From positions 1,548,769 to 1,612,768 of the forward strand of contig OZ244779.1 in the NCBI GenBank assembly GCA_965219575.1: a stretch of DNA of 64,000 nucleotides, in the 5' to 3' direction. The position numbers were made by a program, and so were the translations under genes. The notes under the pieces are model-generated. The model made no database searches. It was not told the origin of the DNA and worked only from the letters and a program-made list of their open reading frames with translations. Of this stretch, positions 1 through 12,306 are shown in pieces. The DNA comes from Candidatus Oxydemutatoraceae bacterium. Lineage in GTDB: Bacteria > Pseudomonadota > Gammaproteobacteria > Poriferisulfidales > Oxydemutatoraceae. Each line of letters starts with the position of its first letter. Position 1 is the first letter of the stretch.

Positions 1-323
1 CGCCGCTCTTCGTTGAGTTGCGGCATCGGCACTCGTATCACATTTCCTTTGACTACCGGATTGAGTCCCAGATTTGCGCTCGAGATCGCTTTTTCAACGG
101 CACCGATACTCTCTTTTTCCCACACCTTGAGAGTCAAAGTTCTTGCATCTTCGGTAGTAATGCTTGAGATCTGGTTGATCGGTGTTTTAGAACCGTAGTA
201 TTCCACGGTGATATGATCGAGTAGGCTCGGGTTGGCACGCCCGGTCCTGATTTTCGTCAAATCACTTGTCAGCGAATCGATACTTTTCTCCATTTTAATT
301 TTGGTATCGTCTATGATGTCCAT
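1..323 (-). CDS. frr: Ribosome recycling factor (3' part runs off window)
   Basis: Manual translation from ATG at 323: MDIIDDTKIKMEKSIDSLTSDLTKIRTGRANPSLLD; follows pyrH. Confidence 0.93.
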   Translation of the reverse strand, partial: MDIIDDTKIKMEKSIDSLTSDLTKIRTGRANPSLLDHITVEYYGSKTPINQISSITTEDARTLTLKVWEKESIGAVEKAISSANLGLNPVVKGNVIRVPMPQLNEER

Positions 324-327
324 CGTT

Positions 328-1059
328 TCATCCGCTAATCAAGGTTCCGACACTCTCACCCTTGATGATTTTTCTGCACATACCGCGTGCCTTCATATTA
401 AATACCCGTATCGGTATTCCATTCTCCTTGCATAAAACGATTGCGGTTGCATCCATAACCGCTAAATTTCTCGACAACGCATCGTCGTAGCTCAACTTTC
501 TATACAATGTGGCGTCGGGATTCTGCTCCGGGTCGGAATCGTATACACCGTCCACCTTGGTTGCTTTGCACAAAACATCCGCATCTATTTCAACCGCTCT
601 TAGGCTTGCCGCCGTGTCGGTCGTGAAAAAAGGATTCCCGGTGCCGGCCGCAAATATAACGATGCGTCCTTTCTCCAGGTGACGTATCGCTCGCCGGCGT
701 ATATAACTCTCGCATACTTCATCCATTTTGATTGCCGAAATCACGCGCGTATCGATGCCTTTTCTCTCCAGAGCATCTTGCAGTGCCAACGCATTGACCA
801 CGGTGACCAACATGCCCATATAGTCTGCGGTAGTCCGGGCAGTGCCGCCGGCAGCAAAGGCTTCACCGCGAATGATATTGCCTCCGCCTATCACCAAAGC
901 CAATTCAACTTTATCCTCGTGTAGTAATTCGATCTCGCCGACGAGTTGGTTTAATGCCTCTATCCCTATTCCATAACCATCGGTATTGGAGAGTATCTCG
1001 CCGCTGAGCTTCAATACGATGCGCAAGTTTACTTTATCGGGTTGCGCTTCTGTTTTCAT
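328..1059 (-). CDS. pyrH: Uridylate kinase
   Basis: [18 protein letters not shown] motifs; rpsB-tsf-pyrH-frr order. Confidence 0.97.
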   Translation of the reverse strand: MKTEAQPDKVNLRIVLKLSGEILSNTDGYGIGIEALNQLVGEIELLHEDKVELALVIGGGNIIRGEAFAAGGTARTTADYMGMLVTVVNALALQDALERKGIDTRVISAIKMDEVCESYIRRRAIRHLEKGRIVIFAAGTGNPFFTTDTAASLRAVEIDADVLCKATKVDGVYDSDPEQNPDATLYRKLSYDDALSRNLAVMDATAIVLCKENGIPIRVFNMKARGMCRKIIKGESVGTLISG

Positions 1060-1089
1060 GACAGCCTATCACTATTCGTATAGCGATGT

Positions 1090-1968
1090 TTAGCCTTGAT
1101 TGACCTGTGCCATTACTTCTTCGGCAAAATTTTCCTGTTTACGTTCTACACCTTCACCGAGCTCATAACGCAAAAAAGCTCGCACCGAAGCCGAATGGGC
1201 TTTGAGTTTTTGCGCAACCGTTTGATCCGTATCTTTAACAAAAGCTTGCCCTAACAGCGTTATCTCGTTTAGATATTTCCGTAATTTTCCGGCTACGATT
1301 CTATCTATTAGATGGTCGGGTTTGCCGCTTTGTTTGGTTTGCTCGATTAAAATTTCTCGCTCCTTGGCAAGTATTTCGGGCGGCACCTGTCGTTCGCTTA
1401 TGCACAGCGGTTTGCCGGCTGCAATGTGCATTGCAATATCTTTGGCAACTTCGGCATCACCGCCCTCCATATCGACCAGCACGCCGATACGATTACCGTG
1501 GTTATAATTCGCCAATATATCGCCTTGCCGGTTTAGCTTATCGAAACGTCTGATTTTTATATTCTCGCCGAGTTTGGCGGTCAGCGATAGGCACAGATCT
1601 TTTATCGTCGTCGTTGCACCGGTAAAATCCTCCAGGTCGGCTATCGTGTCGACAGAAGTATCCAAAGTCGCGTCTGCAACAATGCCACAAAATTCGCCGA
1701 ACTGCTTATCCTTGGCGACAAAATCGGTTTCGCAGTTGACCTCGAGTAATGTTGCCGTTTCACAATCGGGAGAAATGCGAATAACGATCAAACCCTCGGT
1801 TGCGACCCTGGCGGATTTTTTGGCTGCTTTAGCCTGACCTGATTTACGCAGTATCTCGATTGCAACATCGCCATCGCCTTCGGCTTCGACCAAAGCGCGT
1901 TTACATTCCATCATACCGGCACCGGTAGCCTCTCGCAGTTGCTTGATCATCGCCGGGGTAACATTCAT
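1090..1968 (-). CDS. tsf: Elongation factor Ts
   Basis: LREATGAGMMECKRAL, EVNCETDFVA. Confidence 0.98.
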   Translation of the reverse strand: MNVTPAMIKQLREATGAGMMECKRALVEAEGDGDVAIEILRKSGQAKAAKKSARVATEGLIVIRISPDCETATLLEVNCETDFVAKDKQFGEFCGIVADATLDTSVDTIADLEDFTGATTTIKDLCLSLTAKLGENIKIRRFDKLNRQGDILANYNHGNRIGVLVDMEGGDAEVAKDIAMHIAAGKPLCISERQVPPEILAKEREILIEQTKQSGKPDHLIDRIVAGKLRKYLNEITLLGQAFVKDTDQTVAQKLKAHSASVRAFLRYELGEGVERKQENFAEEVMAQVNQG

Positions 1969-1984
1969 AGGACTTTATAACGCG

Positions 1985-2776
1985 TTATTCGGTTTGCGCG
2001 GGTGCCACGGGTGCCACACTCTCCTCTCCTACGATGACGGCATCACCTTTGATCAATAACGGCGATGCAGCCTCTTCCGCTGCCGCTTCCTCGGCTTTTG
2101 CAATGCCTTCCAATACGGTATCGGCAACCAGACGAGTATACAGTCTGATAGAGCTGATTGCATCGTCGTTGGCGGGAATAGGATAATCTATGTCTTCGGT
2201 CGCATTGTTGGTGTCGACGATTGCAACAACCGGGATATTTAATTTCCTCGCTTCTTTGACCGCAATTTCCTCATAAGCGGTATCGATAACGAACAAGGCA
2301 TCGGGCGGTGAAGTCAAATTGCATATCCCTTCAAAATCGCGACTCGATTTTTCAAATTTGCGCTGGATTTGTCGGCTCTCTTTTTTATTCAAACCGCTGA
2401 AGGCATTATTTTCTATCTGCACTTTGAGTTTATTAAATTCCCTAATCGAATTTTGAACGGTCTTGTAATTGGTTAAAAATCCACCCAGCCAATGCACATG
2501 TACATAGGGCATCCCGCATCGGCCTGCTTCGCGCTCTATCGCATCGGATGCCGCCCTTTTGGTTCCTACAAAAAGTATTTTGCCGCCTTTGGACACCATT
2601 TCGTATATGAACTTCAGCGCCGCTTTGAACATAGGCAAAGTTTTATCTAAATTGATGATGTGAATACCGTTGTGTTTTCCGTATAGATACGGGGCGAATT
2701 TCGGATTCCAAAAACGCGGTCGATGCCCCAAGTGTGCGCCCGCATCAAAGAGCTGCTTGATGGTTAGTTCGGGCAT
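1985..2776 (-). CDS. rpsB: 30S ribosomal protein S2
   Basis: AGAHLGH..WNPK, FVGTK, DTN..IPANDD. Confidence 0.97.
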   Translation of the reverse strand: MPELTIKQLFDAGAHLGHRPRFWNPKFAPYLYGKHNGIHIINLDKTLPMFKAALKFIYEMVSKGGKILFVGTKRAASDAIEREAGRCGMPYVHVHWLGGFLTNYKTVQNSIREFNKLKVQIENNAFSGLNKKESRQIQRKFEKSSRDFEGICNLTSPPDALFVIDTAYEEIAVKEARKLNIPVVAIVDTNNATEDIDYPIPANDDAISSIRLYTRLVADTVLEGIAKAEEAAAEEAASPLLIKGDAVIVGEESVAPVAPAQTE

Positions 2777-2931
2777 ACAAAAACCCGTTTAGCAATGCTA
2801 TGCATATAGATAATCTCCTACGATAAGTTAACGAATGGCGAAGTATAACATATTTGCGCATGATAACGAAATGTGCACGATGCCCGATACATATTGCCAT
2901 ATCACAATGGATGAATATAATAAACCTTGTT

Positions 2932-4209
2932 ATGGCGAAGCGTGTTAAGAGAAGTAGTAGTTCCCGAAGTAAATCTATCCATTGTTCATTCTGTGGCAAA
3001 AGTCAGCAAGAAGTAGATCGGCTCATAGCCGGCCCGTCGATTTATATCTGCAACGAGTGCATAGAATTATGCAACGACTTATTACTCGAAGAAAAAAATA
3101 TACCCGCTCGCGACACCGAAGAAATTCCCAAGCCTCAAGAAATCAAGAGCACTCTGGATCAATATGTCATCGGTCAGGACTATGCAAAAAAAGTTCTATC
3201 GGTTGCGGTTTATAATCATTACAAGCGACTACGGCAAAAAAACAAAGACAACGATGTAGAAATTTCCAAGAGCAACATTCTGCTAATCGGTCCTACCGGT
3301 TGCGGCAAGACCCTACTTGCCCAAACACTTGCACGGATATTGAACGTACCCTTCGCTATTGTCGATGCGACGACTCTGACCGAAGCGGGTTATGTCGGAG
3401 AGGATGTGGAAAATATCATCTATAGGCTTTTGCAATCGTGTGATCACGATATCGGTAGAGCGCAGCAAGGGATTATTTATATAGATGAAATAGATAAAAT
3501 CTCTCGCAAGTCCGATAATCCTTCGATTACTCGAGATGTCTCGGGTGAGGGCGTGCAGCAAGCCTTACTCAAGCTCATAGAGGGTACCGTTGCCGGAATT
3601 CCACCGCACGGCGGACGCAAACACCCCCAACAAGAGCTCATACAAATCAATACCCAAAATATACTCTTCATCTGCGGCGGCGCATTCGCCGGATTGGAAC
3701 AAGTGATACAGCGACGTACCGACAAAAACGGCATCGGTTTCTCGGCAGACATTCGCAACCCTAAAGACACCGAGATACTGGCGCATACCTTAGCGCAAGT
3801 TGAATCGAAGGATTTGATCTCGTATGGTTTGATACCTGAGTTCGTCGGTCGGCTGGCAGTGTTCTCGGTGTTGGACGAATTGGATAAAAAAACTCTGGTT
3901 CGCATATTAACCGAGCCCCGCAATGCTTTAACCAAACAATATCAACACCTGTTCAACATGGAGGATATCAAGTTGGAGTTCAAACCCCAAGCACTGCAAG
4001 CGATCGCCGAGAAAGCAATCGCCAAGCATACCGGCGCACGCGGCCTGCGTAACATTATAGAAGCCCTGCTCTTGGATACGATGTACGATTTACCTTCTAT
4101 GGATAATATAGTACAGGTTATCGTCGACGAGAATGTCGTGGCCGGGAACACCTCGCCTATACTGGTAGCCAAGGCTTCATCACGGCAAAAATACGAGAAA
4201 GCCGGATAA
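2932..4209 (+). CDS. clpX: ATP-dependent Clp protease ATP-binding subunit ClpX
   Basis: CSFCGK zinc finger, [22 protein letters not shown]; start placed at ATG 2932. Confidence 0.97.
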   Translation: MAKRVKRSSSSRSKSIHCSFCGKSQQEVDRLIAGPSIYICNECIELCNDLLLEEKNIPARDTEEIPKPQEIKSTLDQYVIGQDYAKKVLSVAVYNHYKRLRQKNKDNDVEISKSNILLIGPTGCGKTLLAQTLARILNVPFAIVDATTLTEAGYVGEDVENIIYRLLQSCDHDIGRAQQGIIYIDEIDKISRKSDNPSITRDVSGEGVQQALLKLIEGTVAGIPPHGGRKHPQQELIQINTQNILFICGGAFAGLEQVIQRRTDKNGIGFSADIRNPKDTEILAHTLAQVESKDLISYGLIPEFVGRLAVFSVLDELDKKTLVRILTEPRNALTKQYQHLFNMEDIKLEFKPQALQAIAEKAIAKHTGARGLRNIIEALLLDTMYDLPSMDNIVQVIVDENVVAGNTSPILVAKASSRQKYEKAG

Positions 4210-4266
4210 ACCGCTTGAAATATCAAGACCAAACCCTAATAGTAGAAAGACAAACCGGAGGATATT

Positions 4267-6708
4267 ATGTCAACCCATGTAAAACACCAAGATAGCGATT
4301 TGGTATTGCCCGTCTTGCCGTTGCGAGATGTGGTCGTTTATCCGCATATGGTTATTCCCCTATTCATAGGAAGGAAAAAATCTATCAGTGCGATTGAATT
4401 TTCCATGCAGTGCAACAAGCAGATTATGCTAATAACGCAAAAAGAAGCCGACACCGACAAACCTTCATCGAAAGATATCTACACGGTCGGCACTATGGCA
4501 AATATTTTGCAGTTGCTCAAATTGCCCGACGATACGATCAAACTCCTGGTCGAAGGCACCGAGCGTGCCAAAGTTGTTAGATATACCAAAGACAAGAAAT
4601 TTATAGGTGCCGAAGTTGATATACTGGAAACGACATCTAAGTACGACTCCAAAAAAATCGAAACACTCGCCCGTCTGGTTCTCAATCAATTCAGCCAATA
4701 TGTCAAATTCAATAAAAAAATACCCGACGAAGTGTTGCAAACACTCACGACCACCGAAACCCTGAACAAGTTGGCATATACGATTGCCGCGCATACCACG
4801 CTGAGTATAGAAAGCAAACAGAAGATTCTGGAAATCGACGATATATACGAGCGCTTGGAATGTTTGATGGCATTACTCGAAGAAGAACTCGATATTCTCA
4901 AGGTAGAGAAACGTATTCGCGGTCGAGTGCAACAACAAATGGAAAAAAGTCAACGAGAGTACTATCTGAACGAGCAGATGAAAGCCATACAAAAAGAACT
5001 CGGCGACATAGACGACGTTGCCGGCGAGACACAAAATTATCGCGAAAAAATCACCAAAGCGCACATGCCCGCAGATACCCAAAAGAAAGCCCTCGTAGAA
5101 CTGAGTAGACTGAACATGATGGCACCGATGTCTTCCGAAGCTGCAGTGGTTCGCAATTATCTCGATTGGTTAATCAATATGCCGTGGAGCAAAAAGTCGA
5201 GAATTAAAAGGAGTTTGGACGATGCCTCGAAAATCCTAGAGAGAGATCACTACGGTTTAGAAAAAGTCAAAGAGCGTATTATAGAATATCTGGCAGTTCA
5301 ACTGAGAACGCAGAAAATCAAAGGCACGATACTCTGCCTAGTCGGTCCACCGGGAGTCGGTAAAACCTCGCTGGGTAAATCGATTGCCAACGCAACCGGA
5401 CGCAAGTTTACGCGTATGGCACTCGGCGGTGTTCGAGACGAGGCCGAAATACGCGGACACCGCAGAACTTATATCGGCGCACAGCCCGGCAAGTTCGTCC
5501 AAAATCTATCCAAAGTCGGTGTACGCAATCCGCTGTTTTTATTGGACGAAATCGATAAAATGTCGACCGACTTCAGGGGCGACCCGGCATCGGCTTTGCT
5601 CGAAGTATTGGATAGCGAACAAAACTCTACCTTCACCGACCATTATCTGGAGGTTGAGTTCGACCTATCCGATGTGATGTTCGTTTGCACCGCAAACAGC
5701 TTGCGCATTCCACCGGCATTATTGGATCGTATGGAAGTCATTAGAATACCAGGCTACACCGAAGATGAAAAACTTAATATCGCAATGCAATACCTAATGC
5801 CCAAAGCAATGAAAGCAAACGGGCTGGCTAAAAACGAAATGCAAATCTCTCAAAACGCGGTATTGGATACGATACGTTATTACACACGCGAGGCTGGGGT
5901 ACGCAACCTCGAGAGAGAGATCATGAAAGTCTCTCGTAAGGTTGTCAAAAATCTGGTTTTGAGCAAAGAAAAAGCTAAAAAACCGGTAAAAGTAGGCACC
6001 GGTTCTCTCGAACATTATCTGGGTGTAAGAAAGTTCCGCTACGGGGTTGCCGACGAAGAGAACCGTATCGGGCAAGTCAACGGATTGGCATGGACCGAAT
6101 CCGGTGGAGAATTGCTGACCGTGGAGAGCACGACGATGTCGGGTAAGGGAAATCTATCGCATACCGGTCAACTCGGAGATATTATGAAAGAATCGGTACA
6201 AGCTGCAATGGCTATCGTGCGAAGCCGCGGTGAGATTTTAGGTATCGCCCCCGACTTTCATGAAAATCACGATGTACATGTGCATATACCCGAAGGCGCC
6301 ACTCCCAAGGACGGACCGAGTGCGGGCATTGCGGTGTGTACTGCGATTACATCGGCAATCACAAAAATACCGGTGCGTGCAAATGTGGCGATGACCGGAG
6401 AGATCACGTTGCGCGGCGAAGTACTGGCAATCGGTGGCTTAAAAGAAAAACTTTTGGCTGCGCAAAGGGCACACATCAAGACCGTCCTTATCCCTAAAGA
6501 GAATGCCAAAGACTTAAAAGAAATACCTAAAAACATCATCGGTAAACTCGATATACAAGCGGTACAATGGATTGACGAAGTATTCAAAATAGCATTGACC
6601 GAGATGCCGATACCGATAGAGTACAAAGATAAATTAACCGAGAAAATTCGTACCGAAAAGGAAATATCCAATAAAACGGGCAAAACGAGAAGAATTCAAA
6701 GCCACTGA
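4267..6708 (+). CDS. lon: Lon protease
   Basis: GPPGVGKTS Walker A, PKDGPSAG catalytic Ser. Confidence 0.98.
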   Translation: MSTHVKHQDSDLVLPVLPLRDVVVYPHMVIPLFIGRKKSISAIEFSMQCNKQIMLITQKEADTDKPSSKDIYTVGTMANILQLLKLPDDTIKLLVEGTERAKVVRYTKDKKFIGAEVDILETTSKYDSKKIETLARLVLNQFSQYVKFNKKIPDEVLQTLTTTETLNKLAYTIAAHTTLSIESKQKILEIDDIYERLECLMALLEEELDILKVEKRIRGRVQQQMEKSQREYYLNEQMKAIQKELGDIDDVAGETQNYREKITKAHMPADTQKKALVELSRLNMMAPMSSEAAVVRNYLDWLINMPWSKKSRIKRSLDDASKILERDHYGLEKVKERIIEYLAVQLRTQKIKGTILCLVGPPGVGKTSLGKSIANATGRKFTRMALGGVRDEAEIRGHRRTYIGAQPGKFVQNLSKVGVRNPLFLLDEIDKMSTDFRGDPASALLEVLDSEQNSTFTDHYLEVEFDLSDVMFVCTANSLRIPPALLDRMEVIRIPGYTEDEKLNIAMQYLMPKAMKANGLAKNEMQISQNAVLDTIRYYTREAGVRNLEREIMKVSRKVVKNLVLSKEKAKKPVKVGTGSLEHYLGVRKFRYGVADEENRIGQVNGLAWTESGGELLTVESTTMSGKGNLSHTGQLGDIMKESVQAAMAIVRSRGEILGIAPDFHENHDVHVHIPEGATPKDGPSAGIAVCTAITSAITKIPVRANVAMTGEITLRGEVLAIGGLKEKLLAAQRAHIKTVLIPKENAKDLKEIPKNIIGKLDIQAVQWIDEVFKIALTEMPIPIEYKDKLTEKIRTEKEISNKTGKTRRIQSH

Positions 6709-6873
6709 AACGAGTGAATTTACAAATTTTTTGGCATATTCCCTTACTTTTTCGGGTTTTTGTTGTTAAAATTGCTAGTTAATAATTCGCGGAGCCCTCT
6801 TTAATTATTAGATAAAGCAGGGTTCATCCTTTAACCATTACATTTAACTATTATTTAAGGAGATTAAGCAAAA

Positions 6874-7143
6874 ATGAATAAATCTGAACTTATTGAAGCA
6901 ATCGCCGATATCGGCCTAACAAAAGCCGATGCAACTAAAGCCCTAGATGCAACAATATCCGCAATAACCGCAAGTCTTAGAAACGGTCAATCCGTGACCA
7001 TTGTAGGATTTGGAACCTTCATGGTTCGCGAAAGCAAAGCTCGCATGGGCCGCAACCCCAGAACCGGTGAGAGTATTCAAATCAGTGCCAGCAGACGTCC
7101 TTCGTTCAAGGCAGGCAAAGGACTGAAGGACGCCCTAAACTAG
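6874..7143 (+). CDS. hupB: DNA-binding protein HU
   Basis: MNKSELI, GFGTF, GRNPRTG; follows lon. Confidence 0.95.
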   Translation: MNKSELIEAIADIGLTKADATKALDATISAITASLRNGQSVTIVGFGTFMVRESKARMGRNPRTGESIQISASRRPSFKAGKGLKDALN

Positions 7144-7156
7144 TCCACCGACCGAA

Positions 7157-7228
<72 letters not shown>

Positions 7229-7343
7229 CCGGATAAGCGGAACGAGAAACTAGGGAATCTATGATATGGATATTGATACACTTATTTGCTTTAATATCCA
7301 TTATCATAGATAGGTATGAAGAGGCAACCGATTAATATTTTTA

Positions 7344-7420
7344 GGAGTGGTAGTTCAGCTGGTTAGAATACCGGCCTGTCACGCCGGGGGTCGCGGGTTC
7401 GAATCCCGTCCACTCCGCCA
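7344..7420 (+). tRNA. tRNA-Asp(GTC)
   Basis: GGAGTGG...CCACTCC-GCCA, anticodon loop CTGTCAC. Confidence 0.96.
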
Positions 7421-7456
7421 TATTTGAACAGAGAGTAGGATCATCGTTAAAGTATA

Positions 7457-9346
7457 ATGCTTATAAAAATCAGAGATAAAGCAACGGGCTGGATAGCCTA
7501 TGCAATCGTCATATTAATCTCCATCCCCTTTGCTTTGTGGGGCATACAACAATACTTCGGTTTGGATAGTTCTCCCGTTGCGATTGAAATTGACGACCGA
7601 GAAATCACCGAGTTTCAAGTCGAGCAGGCTTTTCTCAATAGGAAAAGAATGTTGGAGCAGAACCAAATCAATCACGGGTTCACCGATAAAGAAATCAGAA
7701 CCGAGGTGGTAGGCGAGTTGGTCAGCGCACAACTGCTCGACATAGCGATTAATAAATACGGTTTGCAAACCAACGATTCGGAACTTGCGGAATTTATCAG
7801 AAACAGACCGGAATTTAAAAAAAATCAACGCTTTGACGCAGAAACCTACAGAGACCTGCTTGCTAGAAGCGGGTATACACCCACTCTTTTCGAGCAGACA
7901 CAAAGAGAGGCATTAAAAGAAGAGCAATTTATATCGGCAATACAAAACTCGAGTTTCATCTTACCGAGCGAACGCAAACGCTATGTCTATCTCTCCGATC
8001 AGAAGAGAAAAATACGCTATCTGCCGGTTAGCTACAGCTATTTTATAGAACCCGATAGTATCGGCACCGAACAAGCACAAGCTCATTACGAAGAAAACAT
8101 GACCTTATACCAATCGCCGTATAGAGCAAGGTTCGATTATTTAGAAATCGACACGGCAAAAATAGAAGCACGGCAAACTATCGGAGACGAAGAAGCAAAA
8201 CAATATTACGAAGAGCGTTCCGACGATTATCTCTATCCCGAAAAATTCAGTTTGCGGCACATTCTAATATTAGCCGAAGATCGCAGTACGACCGAGGCAC
8301 TCGAAGAAGCCGAAGAGCTTTATCTACAACTTCAAGAAGGTGCGGACTTTTCCGAACTTGCCCGCAACTACTCGGACGACGACTTGACCTCGGAAAGCGG
8401 CGGTGAACTCCCCGAGCTCACCGCCGAAGAACTGGAAAATGAGAATGTTCGAGATGCCGTACTGCAACTCGTGCCGGGAGAATACACTCGCCCGATACGC
8501 ACCCAATACGGTGTACAAATTTTTCAGCTGATAGACCTTGTGGAAGCCGAACAAAAACCCTTCGAAGTAGTCCGCGAAGAATTAATCGGAGATATGAAAC
8601 GTCGGATGGCGGAAATTCGTTATGCCGGATTAATTGAAAACCTCGATCTACTTTTATTCGAAGACGAAATCGGGTTTTTTAACGCAGTCAGAGATAATTA
8701 CGGATACGCCAAGCAGAGCACCGGATTTTTAGACCTCAACAAGCAAGAGAGCATTCTGGCAAACCCCGTGGTCAAGTCGGCGATAATCTCGGAGATAATA
8801 CAAGGCGGAAAAACGAATACCGGTTTGATCGAAGTAGAAACGGGAAAAAGATTCTTCTTCGTGGGCATAACCGACTCGCAACCTTCGCGTCAATTATCGT
8901 TTGAAGAAGCCAGGCAAGACATTGTCACCGATTTGATCCTCCGGCAAGCATACCAAAAAGTCCAAGCGAATAGCGAAGCATGGTTGGAAGAAATACAAGC
9001 CGGCAACACAAGTCTGGATGAAATTGCCGCCGAGAACCGGTGGGTCATCGAAGACCCCGGTTATATCGAGCGAATCGAGACTTCTATCCCTCGCCCTATC
9101 GTAGAGGCAACCTATAAAATATCGCCACTCAGTGAGCCTCCCGTATACCGAACATTACAGCTCGACGAAAATTATAATAACGAACATACCCTCATAGAAC
9201 TACTCGACATCGAGGCCGGCGTAGAAACTTCTCAAACTTTTGTCATATATTCACTACAAAACCGTGAATCGGTAGCCGTTTTGGATAGCTTACGAGATTT
9301 CTACGAAATAAAAATTAACCTAGATTTAGAGTCGGAAGATGAATAG
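7457..9346 (+). CDS. ppiD: Periplasmic chaperone/parvulin PPIase PpiD
   Basis: N-terminal TM, SurA-like region, HILI...FSELARNYSDD..GGEL rotamase; usual position after hupB-tRNAs. Confidence 0.9.
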   Translation: MLIKIRDKATGWIAYAIVILISIPFALWGIQQYFGLDSSPVAIEIDDREITEFQVEQAFLNRKRMLEQNQINHGFTDKEIRTEVVGELVSAQLLDIAINKYGLQTNDSELAEFIRNRPEFKKNQRFDAETYRDLLARSGYTPTLFEQTQREALKEEQFISAIQNSSFILPSERKRYVYLSDQKRKIRYLPVSYSYFIEPDSIGTEQAQAHYEENMTLYQSPYRARFDYLEIDTAKIEARQTIGDEEAKQYYEERSDDYLYPEKFSLRHILILAEDRSTTEALEEAEELYLQLQEGADFSELARNYSDDDLTSESGGELPELTAEELENENVRDAVLQLVPGEYTRPIRTQYGVQIFQLIDLVEAEQKPFEVVREELIGDMKRRMAEIRYAGLIENLDLLLFEDEIGFFNAVRDNYGYAKQSTGFLDLNKQESILANPVVKSAIISEIIQGGKTNTGLIEVETGKRFFFVGITDSQPSRQLSFEEARQDIVTDLILRQAYQKVQANSEAWLEEIQAGNTSLDEIAAENRWVIEDPGYIERIETSIPRPIVEATYKISPLSEPPVYRTLQLDENYNNEHTLIELLDIEAGVETSQTFVIYSLQNRESVAVLDSLRDFYEIKINLDLESEDE

Positions 9347-10622
9347 CAGTATGGGGAGAATGCCTCTGCATACACAGATATTCATCGCACTATTTCTAGC
9401 CGCCGTAGTCGGTGCTTCGACTACCCCGCAAACCGAATTATTCGGCGTCGTAATATACGATGTGTTGGATTTTTTCGGGAAACTGTTTTTGAACGCCTTA
9501 AAGATGATCGTCGTTCCACTGGTCTTTTCGTCTATCATAGTCGGCGTTTCGAATATTGCAGCCGAGAACGGCTTTGCGCGCATGGGAGCCAAAACGATAA
9601 TCTATTACTTGGTCACCAGTAGCTTATCGATACTGGTAGGATTGATTCTAGTCAACGTGTTTCAACCCGGCGTTATGGAAGACGGCTTGAACAAACTCGG
9701 TGGTGTTCTATCCGACGACCAAGCGGATGTAATGGACAAATTGCAAGGACACGATACATCGAGCTTATTCGGTGTCTTTTTGCGTATGATACCGAGTAAT
9801 ATCGTCATGGCTGCCGCACAAGGACAGCTTCTAGGCATAATCTTTTTTGCTGCGGTATTCGGCTTTTTTATAACTAGAATAGATAAACCGTTGAAACGCT
9901 CGATGATGAATTTTTGGAGCGCTTTCAACGAAACCATGATGAAAATTACCCTGTGGGTCATCAAGTTCTCTCCTTACGGAGTTTTTGCTCTGGTCGGCAA
10001 AGTCATCATGACCTCGGGGCTCGAAGTCTTTTTGGTATTACTACAATTTTTCCTCACGGTATTGGGCGGGTTGGCAATACATTTTCTTATAGTTCTGCCG
10101 CTGATTCTTTATCTCGTTGCACGGGTCAATCCACTGTCGTATTTGAAGGCGATGATGCCCGCCGTGCTGATGGCTTTTTCAACCGCATCGTCGTCGTCGA
10201 CATTACCGCTCACGATGAATTGTGCGCAAAATCGAGTAGGTGCTTCCAAAAAAGTCACCAGTTTTGTGATGCCCTTAGGTGCCACCATCAACATGGACGG
10301 AACTGCGCTCTACGAATGTGTTGCGGTTATTTTCATCGCCCAGCTCTACGGCATAGATTTGAGTGTCGCAACACAATTTACGATAGTATTGCTGGCGTTA
10401 TTAACCTCTATAGGCGTTGCCGGAGTGCCCGCTGCAAGCCTGGTCGCAATTGTTCTAATCATGGGGGTGGTCGGCTTGCCCGCAGAGGGTATCGCATTAA
10501 TTCTTGCCGTGGATCGAGTACTCGATATGTGCCGCACCGGCGTTAATGTCTATAGCGACTCCGCTGCAGTCGGTGTCATTGCAAGGAGTGAAGGAGAAGC
10601 CCTAGCCGGGGTTCGCGTCTAA
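9339..10622 (+). CDS. Dicarboxylate/amino acid:cation symporter (GltP-like)
   Basis: FSTASSSSTLP, GATINMDGTALY, VDRVLDMCRT. Confidence 0.93.
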   Translation: MNSSMGRMPLHTQIFIALFLAAVVGASTTPQTELFGVVIYDVLDFFGKLFLNALKMIVVPLVFSSIIVGVSNIAAENGFARMGAKTIIYYLVTSSLSILVGLILVNVFQPGVMEDGLNKLGGVLSDDQADVMDKLQGHDTSSLFGVFLRMIPSNIVMAAAQGQLLGIIFFAAVFGFFITRIDKPLKRSMMNFWSAFNETMMKITLWVIKFSPYGVFALVGKVIMTSGLEVFLVLLQFFLTVLGGLAIHFLIVLPLILYLVARVNPLSYLKAMMPAVLMAFSTASSSSTLPLTMNCAQNRVGASKKVTSFVMPLGATINMDGTALYECVAVIFIAQLYGIDLSVATQFTIVLLALLTSIGVAGVPAASLVAIVLIMGVVGLPAEGIALILAVDRVLDMCRTGVNVYSDSAAVGVIARSEGEALAGVRV

Positions 10623-10634
10623 GGCGCACGAGCA

Positions 10635-10865
10635 ATGCACATCGGCGAAATCGTAGAAAAAGGCGCAATTATTTTTTTGGATAAAGAGACCGATATATTA
10701 ATCGCCTGGGACGGTCGCATAGATTTTAGAGTTTATGCTGGAAAATTCGACGGCGATTACGATTTACTCGACGAATTCTATAAAGAGATCAAAACCATGC
10801 CGGCTGCACGCGAAGTGGCTAGAATGTGGTTCCACGACCATTCGGTCTACAACCCGGGACCTTAA
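10635..10865 (+). CDS. Small hypothetical protein
   Basis: 76-aa ORF filling the gap between the symporter and fabI on the same strand, GAG upstream. Confidence 0.6.
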   Translation: MHIGEIVEKGAIIFLDKETDILIAWDGRIDFRVYAGKFDGDYDLLDEFYKEIKTMPAAREVARMWFHDHSVYNPGP

Positions 10866-10875
10866 ATATACGAGC

Positions 10876-11664
10876 ATGGGTATTTTAGACAATAAATATG
10901 CGTTGGTCACCGGAGTTGCCACCAAACATTCTATCGCCTGGGGAATTACTCAAAGTCTGGCACGCGAAGGTGCGCACATTGCGCTGAGCTATCAAAACGA
11001 AAAATTAAAAAGTCGTGTAGAGAAACTTGCCGAATCGTGCAACGCCGATATGATACTACCGTGCGATGCGCAAAACGACGCCGAAATAGATTCGTTATTC
11101 AAACACTTGAAACAAAAATGGCAGCGTTTGGATGTATTGGTACACTCCATCGCTTATGCCCCGCGTGAAGAATTGACCGGTGAATTCGTAGAGCAAAGTA
11201 CCAGACAAGGTTTTAATATCGCCCACGAGGTTAGCTGCTACAGCTTGGTTGCACTGGCACAACATGCGAGAACGATGATGCAAGGCGGCGAAGCCGCAAT
11301 GCTGACACTGAGTTACTTAGGGGCCGAAAAAGTCGTGCCGAACTACAATGTGATGGGCTTGGCAAAAGCGAGCCTAGAAGCTGCGGTGCGCTATTTAGCG
11401 GCGGGACTCGGCGGCGACGGTATACGCGTCAATGCAATTTCGGCAGGTCCTATAAAAACTTTGGCGGCATCGGGTATCTCCGGTTTCCGAGATATGCTCA
11501 ATTATGTAGAGAGAAATGCACCGCTGGGCAGAAATATCACCATAGAAGAAGTCGGAAATGTAGGTGCTTTTTTGTGTTCCGATCTGGCGCGGGCGATTAC
11601 CGGTGAAATTATACATGTAGACTCGGGCTATCACTTGCTGGGTATGAACAAGACTGCCGATTGA
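10876..11664 (+). CDS. fabI: Enoyl-ACP reductase; last codons (KTAD*) come from a palindromic repeat
   Basis: [33 protein letters not shown]. Confidence 0.97.
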   Translation: MGILDNKYALVTGVATKHSIAWGITQSLAREGAHIALSYQNEKLKSRVEKLAESCNADMILPCDAQNDAEIDSLFKHLKQKWQRLDVLVHSIAYAPREELTGEFVEQSTRQGFNIAHEVSCYSLVALAQHARTMMQGGEAAMLTLSYLGAEKVVPNYNVMGLAKASLEAAVRYLAAGLGGDGIRVNAISAGPIKTLAASGISGFRDMLNYVERNAPLGRNITIEEVGNVGAFLCSDLARAITGEIIHVDSGYHLLGMNKTAD

Positions 11665-11697
11665 ACCGGTAGGTCAATCGGCGTGACATTGTACAGA
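11651..11697. repeat. Palindromic repeat copy with GTGACATTGTACAGA tail
   Basis: GCCGATTGA-ACCGGTAGG-TCAATCGGC overlapping the fabI stop. Confidence 0.85.
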
Positions 11698-11740
11698 ATT
11701 TGACCATGATTGCTAAACGCATACATTGCAAAATGCGTGA

Positions 11741-11787
11741 GCCACCCCTCCAAAGGAGGAGAATAGTCTGGCTCAATCGGCAATTCA
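11741..11787 (-). repeat. Half palindromic repeat plus CCCCTCC-type hairpin repeat
   Basis: Minus strand reads TGAATTGCCGATTGAGCC then CTATTCTCCTCCTTTGGAGGGGTGGC. Confidence 0.7.
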
Positions 11788-12306
11788 CTGTAGAGGACCT
11801 TCCAGAAATACTTTGCTACGGATACAAAGAGCTGCGTTCTCAGGAACAATCCTTACTGTGGCAGCCCGTACAGAGTAATTGTTACTAGGAGGAAATGTTA
11901 TAACCAATGAGGCACTACACCTACTACCTGAGTCTATAGTAGGAATTGGAATACTCAATTCTCTGAAACTCGAAAAAATTATAACACTTGGACTTAAATT
12001 AGGCTGAATATAGCTTCCACCTCCCGAAAGTTGAAACGTTAATGTTTGGAAGGGGATGCTGAATCTCGGATTGATATTCACAATGACTGTCATCGTAGTG
12101 CCCGCTACAACGGTAGTCGGTGTGGTGCTGATAGTCAGCGTAGGCACATTTTGTGCGGCATGTCAACCCAAAGTAGAAATGTCACCCCCTTGACCAAAGT
12201 AGAAATGTCACCCTTGATGCCGATAAAACCTTCAGGAAACTAGATATCTAAGATTACTTTATGTCCGTTAGTTGATTATTCGACTAGGTGATAAATTGGC
12301 TAATAC

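Noticed and set aside
11683-11690. GTGACATT shared by the palindrome tail and the IS end repeats
   Set aside because: Only 8 bp with divergent flanks; chance cannot be excluded
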